Positions 1 to 8,451 of a stretch of DNA of 64,000 nt are shown piece after piece. The stretch lies in the IMG/VR virus record IMGVR_UViG_3300020056_000010; one strand, 5' to 3'. The notes under the pieces are model-generated. The model was not told where the DNA came from and did not search any database. It saw nothing but the letters and a program-made list of their open reading frames with translations. This DNA comes from an uncultured virus (IMG/VR IMGVR_UViG_3300020056_000010) (taxonomy: Duplodnaviria; Heunggongvirae; Uroviricota; Caudoviricetes). The position numbers and the translations under genes are program-made. Positions within the stretch are counted from its first letter, which is position 1. The number at the start of each line of letters is the position of its first letter.

Positions 1-171
1 AGCGTATAGCGTACGTACTTCTGTCCCGGTAGAATCATATATTCTTAGAACGTTATCTTGAATTGCCACCGCATAATTGATAGATCCGCGTGTTGTGAGA
101 TCTGTATTGGCGATGTTTTGTAGGACAAGTGAATTTGTTATCACTGTCGTTGTGCTTACTTTAATTGCCAT
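1..171 (-). CDS. Phage virion/tail-associated protein, N-terminal part (runs off window)
   Basis: Hand-translated MAIKVSTTTVITNSLVLQNIANTD..., with an AAGGAG RBS upstream. This N-terminus type is common in T4-like virion proteins. Confidence 0.6.
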   Translation of the reverse strand, partial: MAIKVSTTTVITNSLVLQNIANTDLTTRGSINYAVAIQDNVLRIYDSTGTEVRTLYA

Positions 172-197
172 CTTCAACTCCTTTGGGTTTCAGGCTA

Positions 198-395
198 CTA
201 TCCACGGTCGTATCGGCGTAATCTCTCCTCTCGACCTATTCTCTTACCATAACCAAGATCTTTCATAATTCTCATACGCTCTTCTTCAGCGTAATTAGAC
301 CATTCAGAGATCTGTTCTTTCGTTCTACCACAGCCTATGCAATAACCCTTAGAAGGATCAATATAACAGATAGACATGCATGGTGTTACGTACAT
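198..395 (-). CDS. DUF1289-family small Cys protein
   Basis: TPCMSIC...CIGCGRT..QI.EW pattern. Confidence 0.8.
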   Translation of the reverse strand: MYVTPCMSICYIDPSKGYCIGCGRTKEQISEWSNYAEEERMRIMKDLGYGKRIGREERLRRYDRG

Positions 396-413
396 TATCG
401 ACCTCTTTATTTT

Positions 414-427
414 CTATTTATAAATAG
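414..427. promoter_or_regulatory. Bidirectional T4-type late promoter
   Basis: Palindrome CTATTTATAAATAG gives TATAAATA on both strands, between divergent genes. Confidence 0.8.
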
Positions 428-478
428 TATTGTGAACTCTTCGGCATGAATTTGAACTTAATTATATAGGAGATTAAG

Positions 479-790
479 ATGGCTGAAGACAACGGTTACC
501 ATCCAGCGGATACAAACGGCGACGGTGTTGTAGATGATATCGAACGCGAAATGTATCTTGAATTTAAAAGAAAAGAATTAGAAGACAAGGACGCACAGCG
601 TGATGCAATGCGTGGGATGACTTGGTTTGCTTTATTCGGCATGCTACTTTATCCATTTGCAATTGTCTTAACATCATATTTTGGACTAGATACTGCAGCA
701 GGAATCGTTGGTGATATTGCACCGACATATTTTGTTGCTATTTCTGCTTTGGTTGCAGCATTCTTTGGTGCTGACGCTATCCGTAAGTAG
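479..790 (+). CDS. EF-hand-containing two-TM membrane protein (holin-like)
   Basis: DTNGDGVVDDIE loop, two hydrophobic helices, GGAG RBS. Confidence 0.6.
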   Translation: MAEDNGYHPADTNGDGVVDDIEREMYLEFKRKELEDKDAQRDAMRGMTWFALFGMLLYPFAIVLTSYFGLDTAAGIVGDIAPTYFVAISALVAAFFGADAIRK

Positions 791-798
791 ATAAATCA

Positions 799-828
799 AA
801 AGGGAGGCCTTCCTAGGTGCCTCCCTTT
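799..828. terminator. Bidirectional intrinsic terminator
   Basis: AAAGGGAGGC / GCCTCCCTTT stem with T-runs on both strands. Confidence 0.85.
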
Positions 829-1192
829 CTATCTGTTTGTTTCGATGTACAGCACCCGGCTAGCTTTCCATTCGGTACTAGCGACTCACCGACCATCCAA
901 AAGCTGCAGACTTATGGATGGATTTTTTTGGGTACGTTCGCGTAATTGCAGGCTTTCCCCGTGCGCCATAAGTAACGAGGACTGAGTTCTTACTGCCTGG
1001 TCGAGTTTTCCTCAGTCCTCGCTAATTCTGGTTTTCACGTCACCGGTATTTCACGGGCGGTATATTCACCAGAATGTTCTTGCCCGACCTTGTTTACTCA
1101 CGACGCGCAGGCTACGTCAGGCAATATATCTCTTTAATCCATTTTTGCCACTTTAGCGGCTGAGGGTTTGGAACCTCTCAATATTGCCTTGA
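829..1192 (-). ncRNA. Candidate large structured non-coding RNA, family unknown
   Basis: ORF-free and GC-richer than its flanks. Several 7-11 bp stems, with a sigma70 promoter upstream and a terminator downstream. Confidence 0.7.
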
Positions 1193-1199
1193 TACTATT

Positions 1200-1227
1200 A
1201 ATATATACTTTTTCTAGTAAATGTCAA
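1200..1227 (-). promoter_or_regulatory. sigma70-type early promoter driving the ncRNA
   Basis: TTGACA-16-TATATT preceded by GGG. Confidence 0.75.
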
Positions 1228-1247
1228 CCCTTTTATTGAATTTTTTT

Positions 1248-1448
1248 TCAAATTTCTTCTACCGTTACCTTATACAACTTACCGTTGAAGTCTTCCATAG
1301 TAATGGTTTTCTTCGTTGACAGCATGTAACCATCGATAGGATGCAAATCCATTTTTACTCTACCAACCTGAGTAATCTTATTTTCTGGTTTATCATTGTT
1401 GAAAGCGGTACTGATCACGTGTGCGATATAGTCGCAATAAGCCAACAT
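1248..1448 (-). CDS. Hypothetical phage protein
   Basis: ORF with GAGG RBS in a tightly packed early cluster. Confidence 0.65.
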   Translation of the reverse strand: MLAYCDYIAHVISTAFNNDKPENKITQVGRVKMDLHPIDGYMLSTKKTITMEDFNGKLYKVTVEEI

Positions 1449-1462
1449 AACAAAAATTCCTC

Positions 1463-1675
1463 TTAACGCATTGTAGCGTTATCTACATAGACTCCATCGT
1501 CGTTTTCGCCGACATAAACGCGGTTGATATTTGAACCATATGCTATCTTATAAACCCACTCGCCACTGGCATTGCGGATATCGTCGGTAACACATACAGT
1601 AACGGGATCTCCATCCCAGCCTTGATCTGCTAGGAGGGTGTTCATTTGTTCAACTGTAATATTTGCAGGATCCAT
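1463..1675 (-). CDS. Hypothetical phage protein
   Basis: ORF abutting its neighbours. Confidence 0.6.
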   Translation of the reverse strand: MDPANITVEQMNTLLADQGWDGDPVTVCVTDDIRNASGEWVYKIAYGSNINRVYVGENDDGVYVDNATMR

Positions 1676-1888
1676 TTAAGCCTCTTTCATATATTCTACG
1701 ATAAGTTGCAGATCTTCTTTGGAAAAATCTGATTTACGAGTACCCCAAGTAGCGCCGAAGCGAGTAAGCTTGTCACCGACAACTGCAAGATGATTAGATT
1801 TTGCATCATCTTTTTCTGTGGCTGCACAGTTCATCATGTAACGACCGATAACACCAAGCTTTTTCTGGTTAGGAGTAGTTTCCATCAT
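1676..1888 (-). CDS. Hypothetical phage protein (start moved to MMETTP)
   Basis: GAGG RBS before the ATG at 1888. The upstream part of the ORF is occupied by a promoter. Confidence 0.6.
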   Translation of the reverse strand: MMETTPNQKKLGVIGRYMMNCAATEKDDAKSNHLAVVGDKLTRFGATWGTRKSDFSKEDLQLIVEYMKEA

Positions 1889-1916
1889 ATTTATATTCCT
1901 CATTGATTGTAGAACT

Positions 1917-1945
1917 ATTATATCAAAGTTTGAAAGAGCTGTCAA
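1917..1945 (-). promoter_or_regulatory. sigma70-type early promoter
   Basis: Perfect TTGACA-17-TATAAT. Confidence 0.85.
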
Positions 1946-2169
1946 CCCTTTTTTTGAAAAAACTTTACGAAATCTAAAAATAATTCGTAAGCTACTTCCT
2001 CAACATAGTCGATTGGAGTATGACACAACAAAGGCTCAGCTGCATATGCATCCAAAACGATTTGTTTGTAAGCAGGGAATGATGTAACGTTCTCATTCTC
2101 AGCTTGTTCATCGATCACACCTACGATGCGTTCTTCCATTTCCATTACTAATTCTTTCATTTGACCCAT
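1942..2169 (-). CDS. Hypothetical early protein
   Basis: AAGGAG RBS, directly downstream of a promoter. Confidence 0.65.
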   Translation of the reverse strand: MGQMKELVMEMEERIVGVIDEQAENENVTSFPAYKQIVLDAYAAEPLLCHTPIDYVEEVAYELFLDFVKFFQKKG

Positions 2170-2196
2170 ATTGGTCTCCTTTCATCTTATATTAAT

Positions 2197-2225
2197 AATA
2201 TAGTACTTTCAGAATGCAATGTCAA
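2197..2225 (-). promoter_or_regulatory. sigma70-type early promoter
   Basis: GGGTTGACA-17-TATATT with AAAGTAC before the -10. Confidence 0.8.
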
Positions 2226-2228
2226 CCC

Positions 2229-2660
2229 CTAAAGTGAAAAATTTAGTGTTTTTATGCATTTTAATGCAAGTTTTTCTTCCATTCTGAATGCTTGTAACTC
2301 CCAAGGTGCCTTAGAGTAAGGCGTTTTGCTGTGATCTTTGGTTTTCCACTTAGTTTTACCGTTAACGTCACGTAATTCTTTCTTAGCATACTGTTTTACG
2401 TGAATCATCTCATGAACGATAGTGGATACTAGATCGTAAAATGGCAAACCTTTTTTGATTGTAAGCGTAAACTCACGACCTTTGAAGTCTTCATTCATAC
2501 AATACCCATAAGCCTCGATTTTTCCATCGAATTCTAAGGATATGTCAAGTGTACGAATACGAGGCATCATTTCTTTGATGCACCAGTCAACAACAAGGGC
2601 GGCAAGCTCGCGTTCCTTAGCTTTACCGCCCCTAAAGTATACTTCGTTTGCCATATGCAT
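2229..2660 (-). CDS. Zincin-like metallopeptidase domain protein
   Basis: HEMIH (HExxH) motif and downstream PWE.QA. Confidence 0.7.
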   Translation of the reverse strand: MHMANEVYFRGGKAKERELAALVVDWCIKEMMPRIRTLDISLEFDGKIEAYGYCMNEDFKGREFTLTIKKGLPFYDLVSTIVHEMIHVKQYAKKELRDVNGKTKWKTKDHSKTPYSKAPWELQAFRMEEKLALKCIKTLNFSL

Positions 2661-2744
2661 TTCCTTTCATTTGATATATCTATTATATCACAGTGGAAAG
2701 TAATGTCAACAAGAACGTTTCTTTTGAAATCAATGGCTTAGAAA

Positions 2745-3239
2745 TTATTTTTTCTCGTTTGCCTCTTCAATGACCATTTTTTCGTACTCGGCACGATCTA
2801 CAACACCTTCAGCAAGTAAACGTTCGCGGTTTGCCATATGCTGTGCTTGAACGTCTTCTTTAGATCCGCCAAAGTAAGCCACACAATGACCTTCTTCGAT
2901 CATAATGTCAGTCACCAAACGACCATCCGCTGCACGGAAATCACCAAGGATACGACCAAACTTACCCTTCATATCTTCGCCTGATTTATCTTCTGTGGTA
3001 ATGAGTTTTGCGTCTTTTTCTAGCAGAGAATAGAGTCTATCCTTTGCTGCAAGACCAAAGAGTTTTTCTACTCTGTCTGAAGTTCTACTTTCAGGAGTGT
3101 CAATACCCATGATTCGAACTCTTTCGTCTTTAAGGCAGATACCGAAACCTAGATCAATGTCTACATCTACAGTATCACCATCAACTACTTTAATGACGTG
3201 AACGTCGTATTCATTTTGCGTTGCCATGTGTTCCTCCAC
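2745..3239 (-). CDS. Thermonuclease (SNase-like) family protein
   Basis: VVDGDT, RIMGIDTPE and KFGRILG motifs. Confidence 0.85.
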   Translation of the reverse strand: MEEHMATQNEYDVHVIKVVDGDTVDVDIDLGFGICLKDERVRIMGIDTPESRTSDRVEKLFGLAAKDRLYSLLEKDAKLITTEDKSGEDMKGKFGRILGDFRAADGRLVTDIMIEEGHCVAYFGGSKEDVQAQHMANRERLLAEGVVDRAEYEKMVIEEANEKK

Positions 3240-3281
3240 CTGAGCGTTATTGTTATCATGGTAAAGAAATCACAATAATAT

Positions 3282-4472
3282 TTATAGTTCTTTTAGTTGT
3301 GGATGCAGTTCATATATGTTTATGTTTCTTTTTAAATTCATAAACGAAGCAAACATGTGCATTCGACTGCGCCAATTGTTATAATCTTCTATGGTCGGTA
3401 TGATCGGATCGTTACTCATAAATTCTTCATTTTTAATAAACATGTGCCTATGCAAATTATCTGGCCATTTCTTATAGTTATTTCGCCAATCTTCTAGTTC
3501 TTTAAAAGTTAGAATTCTTTGAGGTGCAGCGTATTTTGGTTCGTGAACCCATCCCATCTGTGTAAAGCTTACTTGAGTGTCGTTTACTCTTTGATTCCAG
3601 TAATCAAGCACTTCATTGTAGTTCCACATATTAAAAATATTTAAGCGATGATTGATATTAATCCATCCAGTAATTCCAGATGATTTCCATCTTTCAATAT
3701 TTTCTATTGTTTGCTCAAAAGGAGTAGATCTTACCCATTCGTATGTTTTACCAATACCATCCATTGAAACGGATATCTTTACTGGATTTGAAGCTTTAGA
3801 TAGTAAGTCGATATATCGCTGTGGAACCTTTGACATGTTTGTTGTCATATCAATCAAGCACTTATCATTTACTTTTACGAGTTCTTCTAAGATGTAATAG
3901 TTGTTATTGTCAGCGAAAGGCTCACCGCCTTTTACAACGATCTGTTCTAAGTTAGGAAGTATAGGTAAGATCTTTTCAATGTCTGAATCCGACATTCTGT
4001 ATAACGAAGCACCAAAGTCATTGAAGCCTGGTTCACCGGGATTCTTCCAGGATTCTAAGTCAAGTGACATTTCAGTCGCTTCCTGCTCTAACCCAATCCA
4101 TTTAGAACTATAATAACTTGAACATGTCACGCAGGTTTGATTGCATAGATTTGAAGTTGTAAATTCTAGAAAGCGTATCGTCTTATCTGTTGGAATACTC
4201 GCTCTACGAGATTCACCTTTTACATTTGCGTGAAACCATGAATTCTTCATGCCAAGTTTAGCGTTGTTTAAACAGTATCCACAAACTTTACTCACCAAAG
4301 GCTCTTTATCTTGACGCAGAGATTCAAGATCTGAATGGTTGCCCCATAATTCAGCAATATTATCTACATTACTAATATGGTTGAAAGACCAAGTTCTTTC
4401 TGCTGCACAGCATATAGAAAGATTACCGTCTGGTTGAATTGTTAGTGAATTGTGAGGAGCAGTACAATACAT
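3282..4472 (-). CDS. Radical SAM protein with N-terminal SPASM/twitch-like domain
   Basis: CNQTCVTC (CxxxCxxC), GGEP, and N-terminal YC..P...G...CC...CxxC. Confidence 0.85.
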   Translation of the reverse strand: MYCTAPHNSLTIQPDGNLSICCAAERTWSFNHISNVDNIAELWGNHSDLESLRQDKEPLVSKVCGYCLNNAKLGMKNSWFHANVKGESRRASIPTDKTIRFLEFTTSNLCNQTCVTCSSYYSSKWIGLEQEATEMSLDLESWKNPGEPGFNDFGASLYRMSDSDIEKILPILPNLEQIVVKGGEPFADNNNYYILEELVKVNDKCLIDMTTNMSKVPQRYIDLLSKASNPVKISVSMDGIGKTYEWVRSTPFEQTIENIERWKSSGITGWININHRLNIFNMWNYNEVLDYWNQRVNDTQVSFTQMGWVHEPKYAAPQRILTFKELEDWRNNYKKWPDNLHRHMFIKNEEFMSNDPIIPTIEDYNNWRSRMHMFASFMNLKRNINIYELHPQLKEL

Positions 4473-4576
4473 AGTAACCTTTTATTATCCTTTGTTACAT
4501 TGTCAAAACTTTGACACTTTTTAACATATGTCAAAATATGTTACATGTCAATTCTATATTTATGGAGTTTAGTTTG

Positions 4577-4584
4577 TATAAATA
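4577..4584 (+). promoter_or_regulatory. T4 late promoter of the envelope operon
   Basis: TATAAATA. Confidence 0.75.
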
Positions 4585-4630
4585 AGAATGAATAGAAGTG
4601 ACTTCACATAATGAATTCTTGGAGGATACA

Positions 4631-5194
4631 ATGAGAATTTTAATATTACTTTGCGTGTTATTTCTTGGGTCTGCTGCAGCGGCTCAGGAAGCGCCTGAAT
4701 GTCCGGAAGGCTACGTTTGTACTCAATCGGGCACAGACAGTACTATTAGGTCTGAAGGCAATATGACGACTACGATCGTTCAACCGCCGCCGTCTGCAGT
4801 TTCACCACAATTTAGCGCCGGCAGTAACAGCGATCTGTGTACAATTGGTGTTGCCGCTGCGGTGCAAACTCAGATATTAGGTATTTCTGGTGGCGCAACA
4901 TTTACTGAAGAAAATTGTAAGCGATTGAAGAACGCTAAAGTATTGTATGATATGGGAATGAAAGTTGCGGCTGTATCTGTAATGTGTCAAGATGAGAATG
5001 TTTTTGACGCGATGATGCAAGCTGGAACGCCTTGCCCTTATGACGGACAAATCGGCGATGCTGCAAAGCTTGGCTGGGAAACGCACAAAGAAAAAATAAG
5101 AGAGGAAACAGGTGGCGGAAATCTTAAAGAAAATGCTAAGAACGCAGCTCCTTTTGCTGGCCTTGGTATTTTGGCCTTCTTACTCTTCCTCTGA
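4631..5194 (+). CDS. Exported Cys-containing protein with C-terminal hydrophobic anchor
   Basis: GGAGG RBS at 4621, signal peptide MRILILL...AAAA, paired Cys, hydrophobic tail. Confidence 0.7.
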   Translation: MRILILLCVLFLGSAAAAQEAPECPEGYVCTQSGTDSTIRSEGNMTTTIVQPPPSAVSPQFSAGSNSDLCTIGVAAAVQTQILGISGGATFTEENCKRLKNAKVLYDMGMKVAAVSVMCQDENVFDAMMQAGTPCPYDGQIGDAAKLGWETHKEKIREETGGGNLKENAKNAAPFAGLGILAFLLFL

Positions 5195-6041
5195 GAGTAT
5201 TAAGCCTTACTACGGAGCTACTCCGAACGCTGCTGCAAACGGACTTTCTTGGTCTATGGGCAATGTATTGCCGACTCCTCCAGGATTAGATATTCAGAAC
5301 GTGTTGTATAGTTATACCATTATTAAAGAAAACGGTGAAGCTGTTACAGTATACGTTCAAAACAAATTAGCTGGCTCAGATAATGAGTACATTTTTAGAG
5401 ATCGCGAAGACTGGTCTCCTACATCGCCATCAGGACAAGAAGTGCGTAAAGTAATTCCTGTTGGTAACTTACATAGAGATCTATGGGGTGATGGGGAGAT
5501 AGATGTACAAGGAAACGGATCTGTGGAAAATCCTAGTGTGATTTATACATATCGTGTAGATCCATGTTATAATCCGCAGTTCGATCCTAACTGCCCCGGC
5601 TATGAGGTTCCATACGTAGAGCCTCCAGAAATTGATTACGAAATTTACGACGCTTATGCAGAAGGCGACGCTCAACGTGATCAATACCGTTATGAAGATG
5701 ATGATGAACTGCAAGAAGAGGAAGATGAAGAGAAAAGACTGGCAGAACTTGAAGACGAAGAACGTGAGAGGGAAGACCGTTTAGAAAAGGCAATGTTTGA
5801 AGCAAGCAGAGCAGAGCTTTTTGCATTGGCTTTTGCGAGAGGTCAAATGAAAGACTCAATTAATCTTAATATGAACTCTTATTATGATGCAAACATTCCA
5901 GGTGGTACTTATAATGACTCGCTTGTTTTATTAGATACCAAACTTCCTGAAAACCAAAGTGGTTTACGCAATGGACTTGCACAACAATTACTACACCAAC
6001 AAATGGTTGATATGCAATATAATTTAAGTACAGGACAATAA
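5133..6041 (+). CDS. Exported protein with DPC..P....CPGY motif and acidic region
   Basis: Signal-peptide-like MLRTQLLLLALVFW, beta-rich domain, acidic coiled coil. Confidence 0.65.
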   Translation: MLRTQLLLLALVFWPSYSSSESIKPYYGATPNAAANGLSWSMGNVLPTPPGLDIQNVLYSYTIIKENGEAVTVYVQNKLAGSDNEYIFRDREDWSPTSPSGQEVRKVIPVGNLHRDLWGDGEIDVQGNGSVENPSVIYTYRVDPCYNPQFDPNCPGYEVPYVEPPEIDYEIYDAYAEGDAQRDQYRYEDDDELQEEEDEEKRLAELEDEEREREDRLEKAMFEASRAELFALAFARGQMKDSINLNMNSYYDANIPGGTYNDSLVLLDTKLPENQSGLRNGLAQQLLHQQMVDMQYNLSTGQ

Positions 6042-6052
6042 GGAGGACTTCA

Positions 6053-6562
6053 ATGTTCAAATCAACTATCATAGGTGCCACTATCGCTCTTATCGCTTCA
6101 TGCGGAGTTGCGGTTGCTGCTGACACTCCTATAAACGGCTCAGTACAGTCGCGTTGTATTATTCAAACAGATACATCAGGTACTTATGCTAACCCCAATG
6201 CTTACACACTTACAACATCGTCAACTGATGGCGGCGAGAAAGCACGCATTCGTGTAGATATTTCTCTGGCAAATGCTTATTATGTTGAGATTACAGCGCC
6301 TACGGAATTCTCATCTTCACCTAACCTCCCTGATGTGGTAAGCTGGACTGGAGATACTACAGTAGATGCTGTTTCAGATGCTACCAATATGGGTGATTAT
6401 GAAACAAATAAAGTAGAACTTGGAATGATGGACCGTTACGACATGACAGCGACTGGATCAACGTGGTTTGTAACCTCGTCGGTTGCTACTATGGGAGGCA
6501 ATAAAGCATTTCCAGGCGGTAACTATACTGCTGTAGTGCAAGCGGAATGCATCGCTCAATAA
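6053..6562 (+). CDS. Fimbrial/pilin-subunit-like exported protein
   Basis: Signal peptide, INGSVQSRC N-strand, C-terminal GNYTAVVQAEC. Confidence 0.55.
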   Translation: MFKSTIIGATIALIASCGVAVAADTPINGSVQSRCIIQTDTSGTYANPNAYTLTTSSTDGGEKARIRVDISLANAYYVEITAPTEFSSSPNLPDVVSWTGDTTVDAVSDATNMGDYETNKVELGMMDRYDMTATGSTWFVTSSVATMGGNKAFPGGNYTAVVQAECIAQ

Positions 6563-6578
6563 AAAAGGTTTATACATC

Positions 6579-6968
6579 ATGAAGTATTTGTTTATGCTGG
6601 TTTTTCTCGTATTTACGAGTAAAGCTTATGCACATGAGATGGTACCTACCTATCCTGTGTTAAAGCAATCTTATATGGATGGGCTCCTCGTTACTACAAT
6701 GACGATGTTTAATAAACGGCCGGAAGTAGATTATTATGAGATCGGCGTTTATGACGACAACTGGGAGCCCATTCGTTTTGTTTCCAATTATAAGATATGG
6801 AAAATTCCGTATTTAAGTACGGTATCTTTTGATATCTATATACGCTCTGATGATAAATATAAGGTTAGATATATATGCTCAAAATCTAAACTTCGTAAGA
6901 GCAACATGACAAGGACCGCAGTTTCATCTAGAATTTGTTCTAAAGTGAAAAAGCCGGGTGAAGAGTGA
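6579..6968 (+). CDS. Fimbrial-chaperone-like exported protein
   Basis: AYA|HEM signal peptide, alternating beta strands, C-terminal Cys pair. Confidence 0.45.
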   Translation: MKYLFMLVFLVFTSKAYAHEMVPTYPVLKQSYMDGLLVTTMTMFNKRPEVDYYEIGVYDDNWEPIRFVSNYKIWKIPYLSTVSFDIYIRSDDKYKVRYICSKSKLRKSNMTRTAVSSRICSKVKKPGEE

Positions 6969-7390
6969 TGAAAAGATATATAATATTAGCAGCTTTGCTT
7001 TTTAGCTCGCCAGGACTGGCAGATAATATTGGCCTACAGCTACCCAATATGGGGCAGGCTTATGGCCAAGATAGCATTCGCTCAGGTGAGATTGATTGTA
7101 AGAATTCAATCGGTGGTTCAACAAATCTTGAGTTTGGAGTAACCGGTATAATTGATAATTATAATAGCCCGTTTAGTGGTGGCAATAATATGGATACGAG
7201 TCGAGATATAGGTGTTTATGCTCGTATTATTATTCCACTAGATGGACCTAAAGAAAGAATTAATTGTAACGATTTGTATGAACTTGAATTGAGAAAGAAG
7301 AGACTTGAGGTCTTAAAGCTACAACAAGAACTTGAGCAACTTCGTCGTTTGAATGAGAATAGTGAGGGAGAAATCTCATTTGAAAACTAA
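6965..7390 (+). CDS. Exported protein with beta-hairpin and C-terminal coiled coil
   Basis: Signal peptide, Cys-flanked amphipathic strands, heptad tail. Confidence 0.6.
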   Translation: MMKRYIILAALLFSSPGLADNIGLQLPNMGQAYGQDSIRSGEIDCKNSIGGSTNLEFGVTGIIDNYNSPFSGGNNMDTSRDIGVYARIIIPLDGPKERINCNDLYELELRKKRLEVLKLQQELEQLRRLNENSEGEISFEN

Positions 7391-7402
7391 ATAGGAGTTT
7401 CT

Positions 7403-8044
7403 ATGGCCGATAAAGACCTAGGGGATGGCCTTGAACAACTTGACGAAGAAGTAGAAAAGTTAAAGAATACCAAGTTTAAGTTATTTGGTATTTCTATGAC
7501 ACCAACTACTATTGGTGCAGCTTTTGCCTTGCTTGGGGCAATCGGCGGATCCTTATATGGATCCTTTGAAGTCTATAAAGACTATATGGACATGAAAGAA
7601 ATTGTTCAAAATATTGATGTTGACTCAATAACAACACGCAATAATGAAATTGAAGTATCGGTCGAGAATGCAAAGGCTGAACTGATAATTCAAATAGCTT
7701 CCATCCAAAAACAAATAGACGACTTAGAAAAACGCACACGAGAAAATAAAGTTGATACGAGAGATCAAATAAACACTATGGACTCGCAAGTTCGCCGTGT
7801 CGAAAAGCTCGTGCGTGATACTGAATCAGACGTAAGACAAATAATTCAAAATGCTGAGGAGCGTTTTGATAATAAAAGGGATGCGCTACAGAATCAGTAT
7901 GATACAAAAGCTTCTCAATTAAGAGAATCTAGTGACACTCGGATGACTGATTTAGAAAACAAAGTTGAACGAGACATGCGTAATCTAGAAACAGAACTCA
8001 TGAATAAACTACAAAAGGCCTTAGACAACCCACTAGCAAACTAG
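7403..8044 (+). CDS. Single-TM long coiled-coil protein
   Basis: One TM helix followed by ~150 aa of heptads; GGAG RBS. Confidence 0.7.
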   Translation: MADKDLGDGLEQLDEEVEKLKNTKFKLFGISMTPTTIGAAFALLGAIGGSLYGSFEVYKDYMDMKEIVQNIDVDSITTRNNEIEVSVENAKAELIIQIASIQKQIDDLEKRTRENKVDTRDQINTMDSQVRRVEKLVRDTESDVRQIIQNAEERFDNKRDALQNQYDTKASQLRESSDTRMTDLENKVERDMRNLETELMNKLQKALDNPLAN

Positions 8045-8053
8045 GAGTGATAC

Positions 8054-8221
8054 ATGATCGGACCAAAACGTACTTGTAAAAATTGCGGACATAAGTGTCA
8101 CTGTTATCAACCGGATTGCGATGATTGTCATAACGACGTTTGCATTAAATGCGATTGCAAAACACCAGACGAAAAACAAACAAATACGGATGCACGATCA
8201 TGGGATGGCTATTTAAAGTAG
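8054..8221 (+). CDS. Cys/His-rich 55-aa metallothionein-like protein (not in ORF track)
   Basis: AGGAG RBS; MIGPKRTCKNCGHKCHCYQPDCDDCHNDVCIKCDCK... Confidence 0.7.
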   Translation: MIGPKRTCKNCGHKCHCYQPDCDDCHNDVCIKCDCKTPDEKQTNTDARSWDGYLK

Positions 8222-8451
8222 AGAAAGAAGACGACGATGCAGAACTTGCCAAACGGTTGGAATTTGATATTAAAATTCGAGACATCCGCAGAAGAATTGA
8301 AAAGCTCAGGGAGAATTTTCATACCCCACGACGAGTACGAGTGGAAGAGCCACATGAAGTGGATGAACAGGCACAAAAAAATAGACAACAACGCGACAAA
8401 GATAATGAAATTAATGAGATCAAGGCAAAACTCTTAGGGAGGAAAAAATGA
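8200..8451 (+). CDS. Hypothetical charged protein
   Basis: Likely start MGWLFKV; overlaps neighbours in operon fashion. Confidence 0.55.
   Translation: MGWLFKVEKEDDDAELAKRLEFDIKIRDIRRRIEKLRENFHTPRRVRVEEPHEVDEQAQKNRQQRDKDNEINEIKAKLLGRKK

Noticed and set aside
829..1192. RNase P RNA or group I intron identity for the ncRNA
   Set aside because: I could not find the GGAAAGUCC / 3' P4 pair of RNase P or the P7 (R/S) elements of group I introns, and there are no flanking exons.
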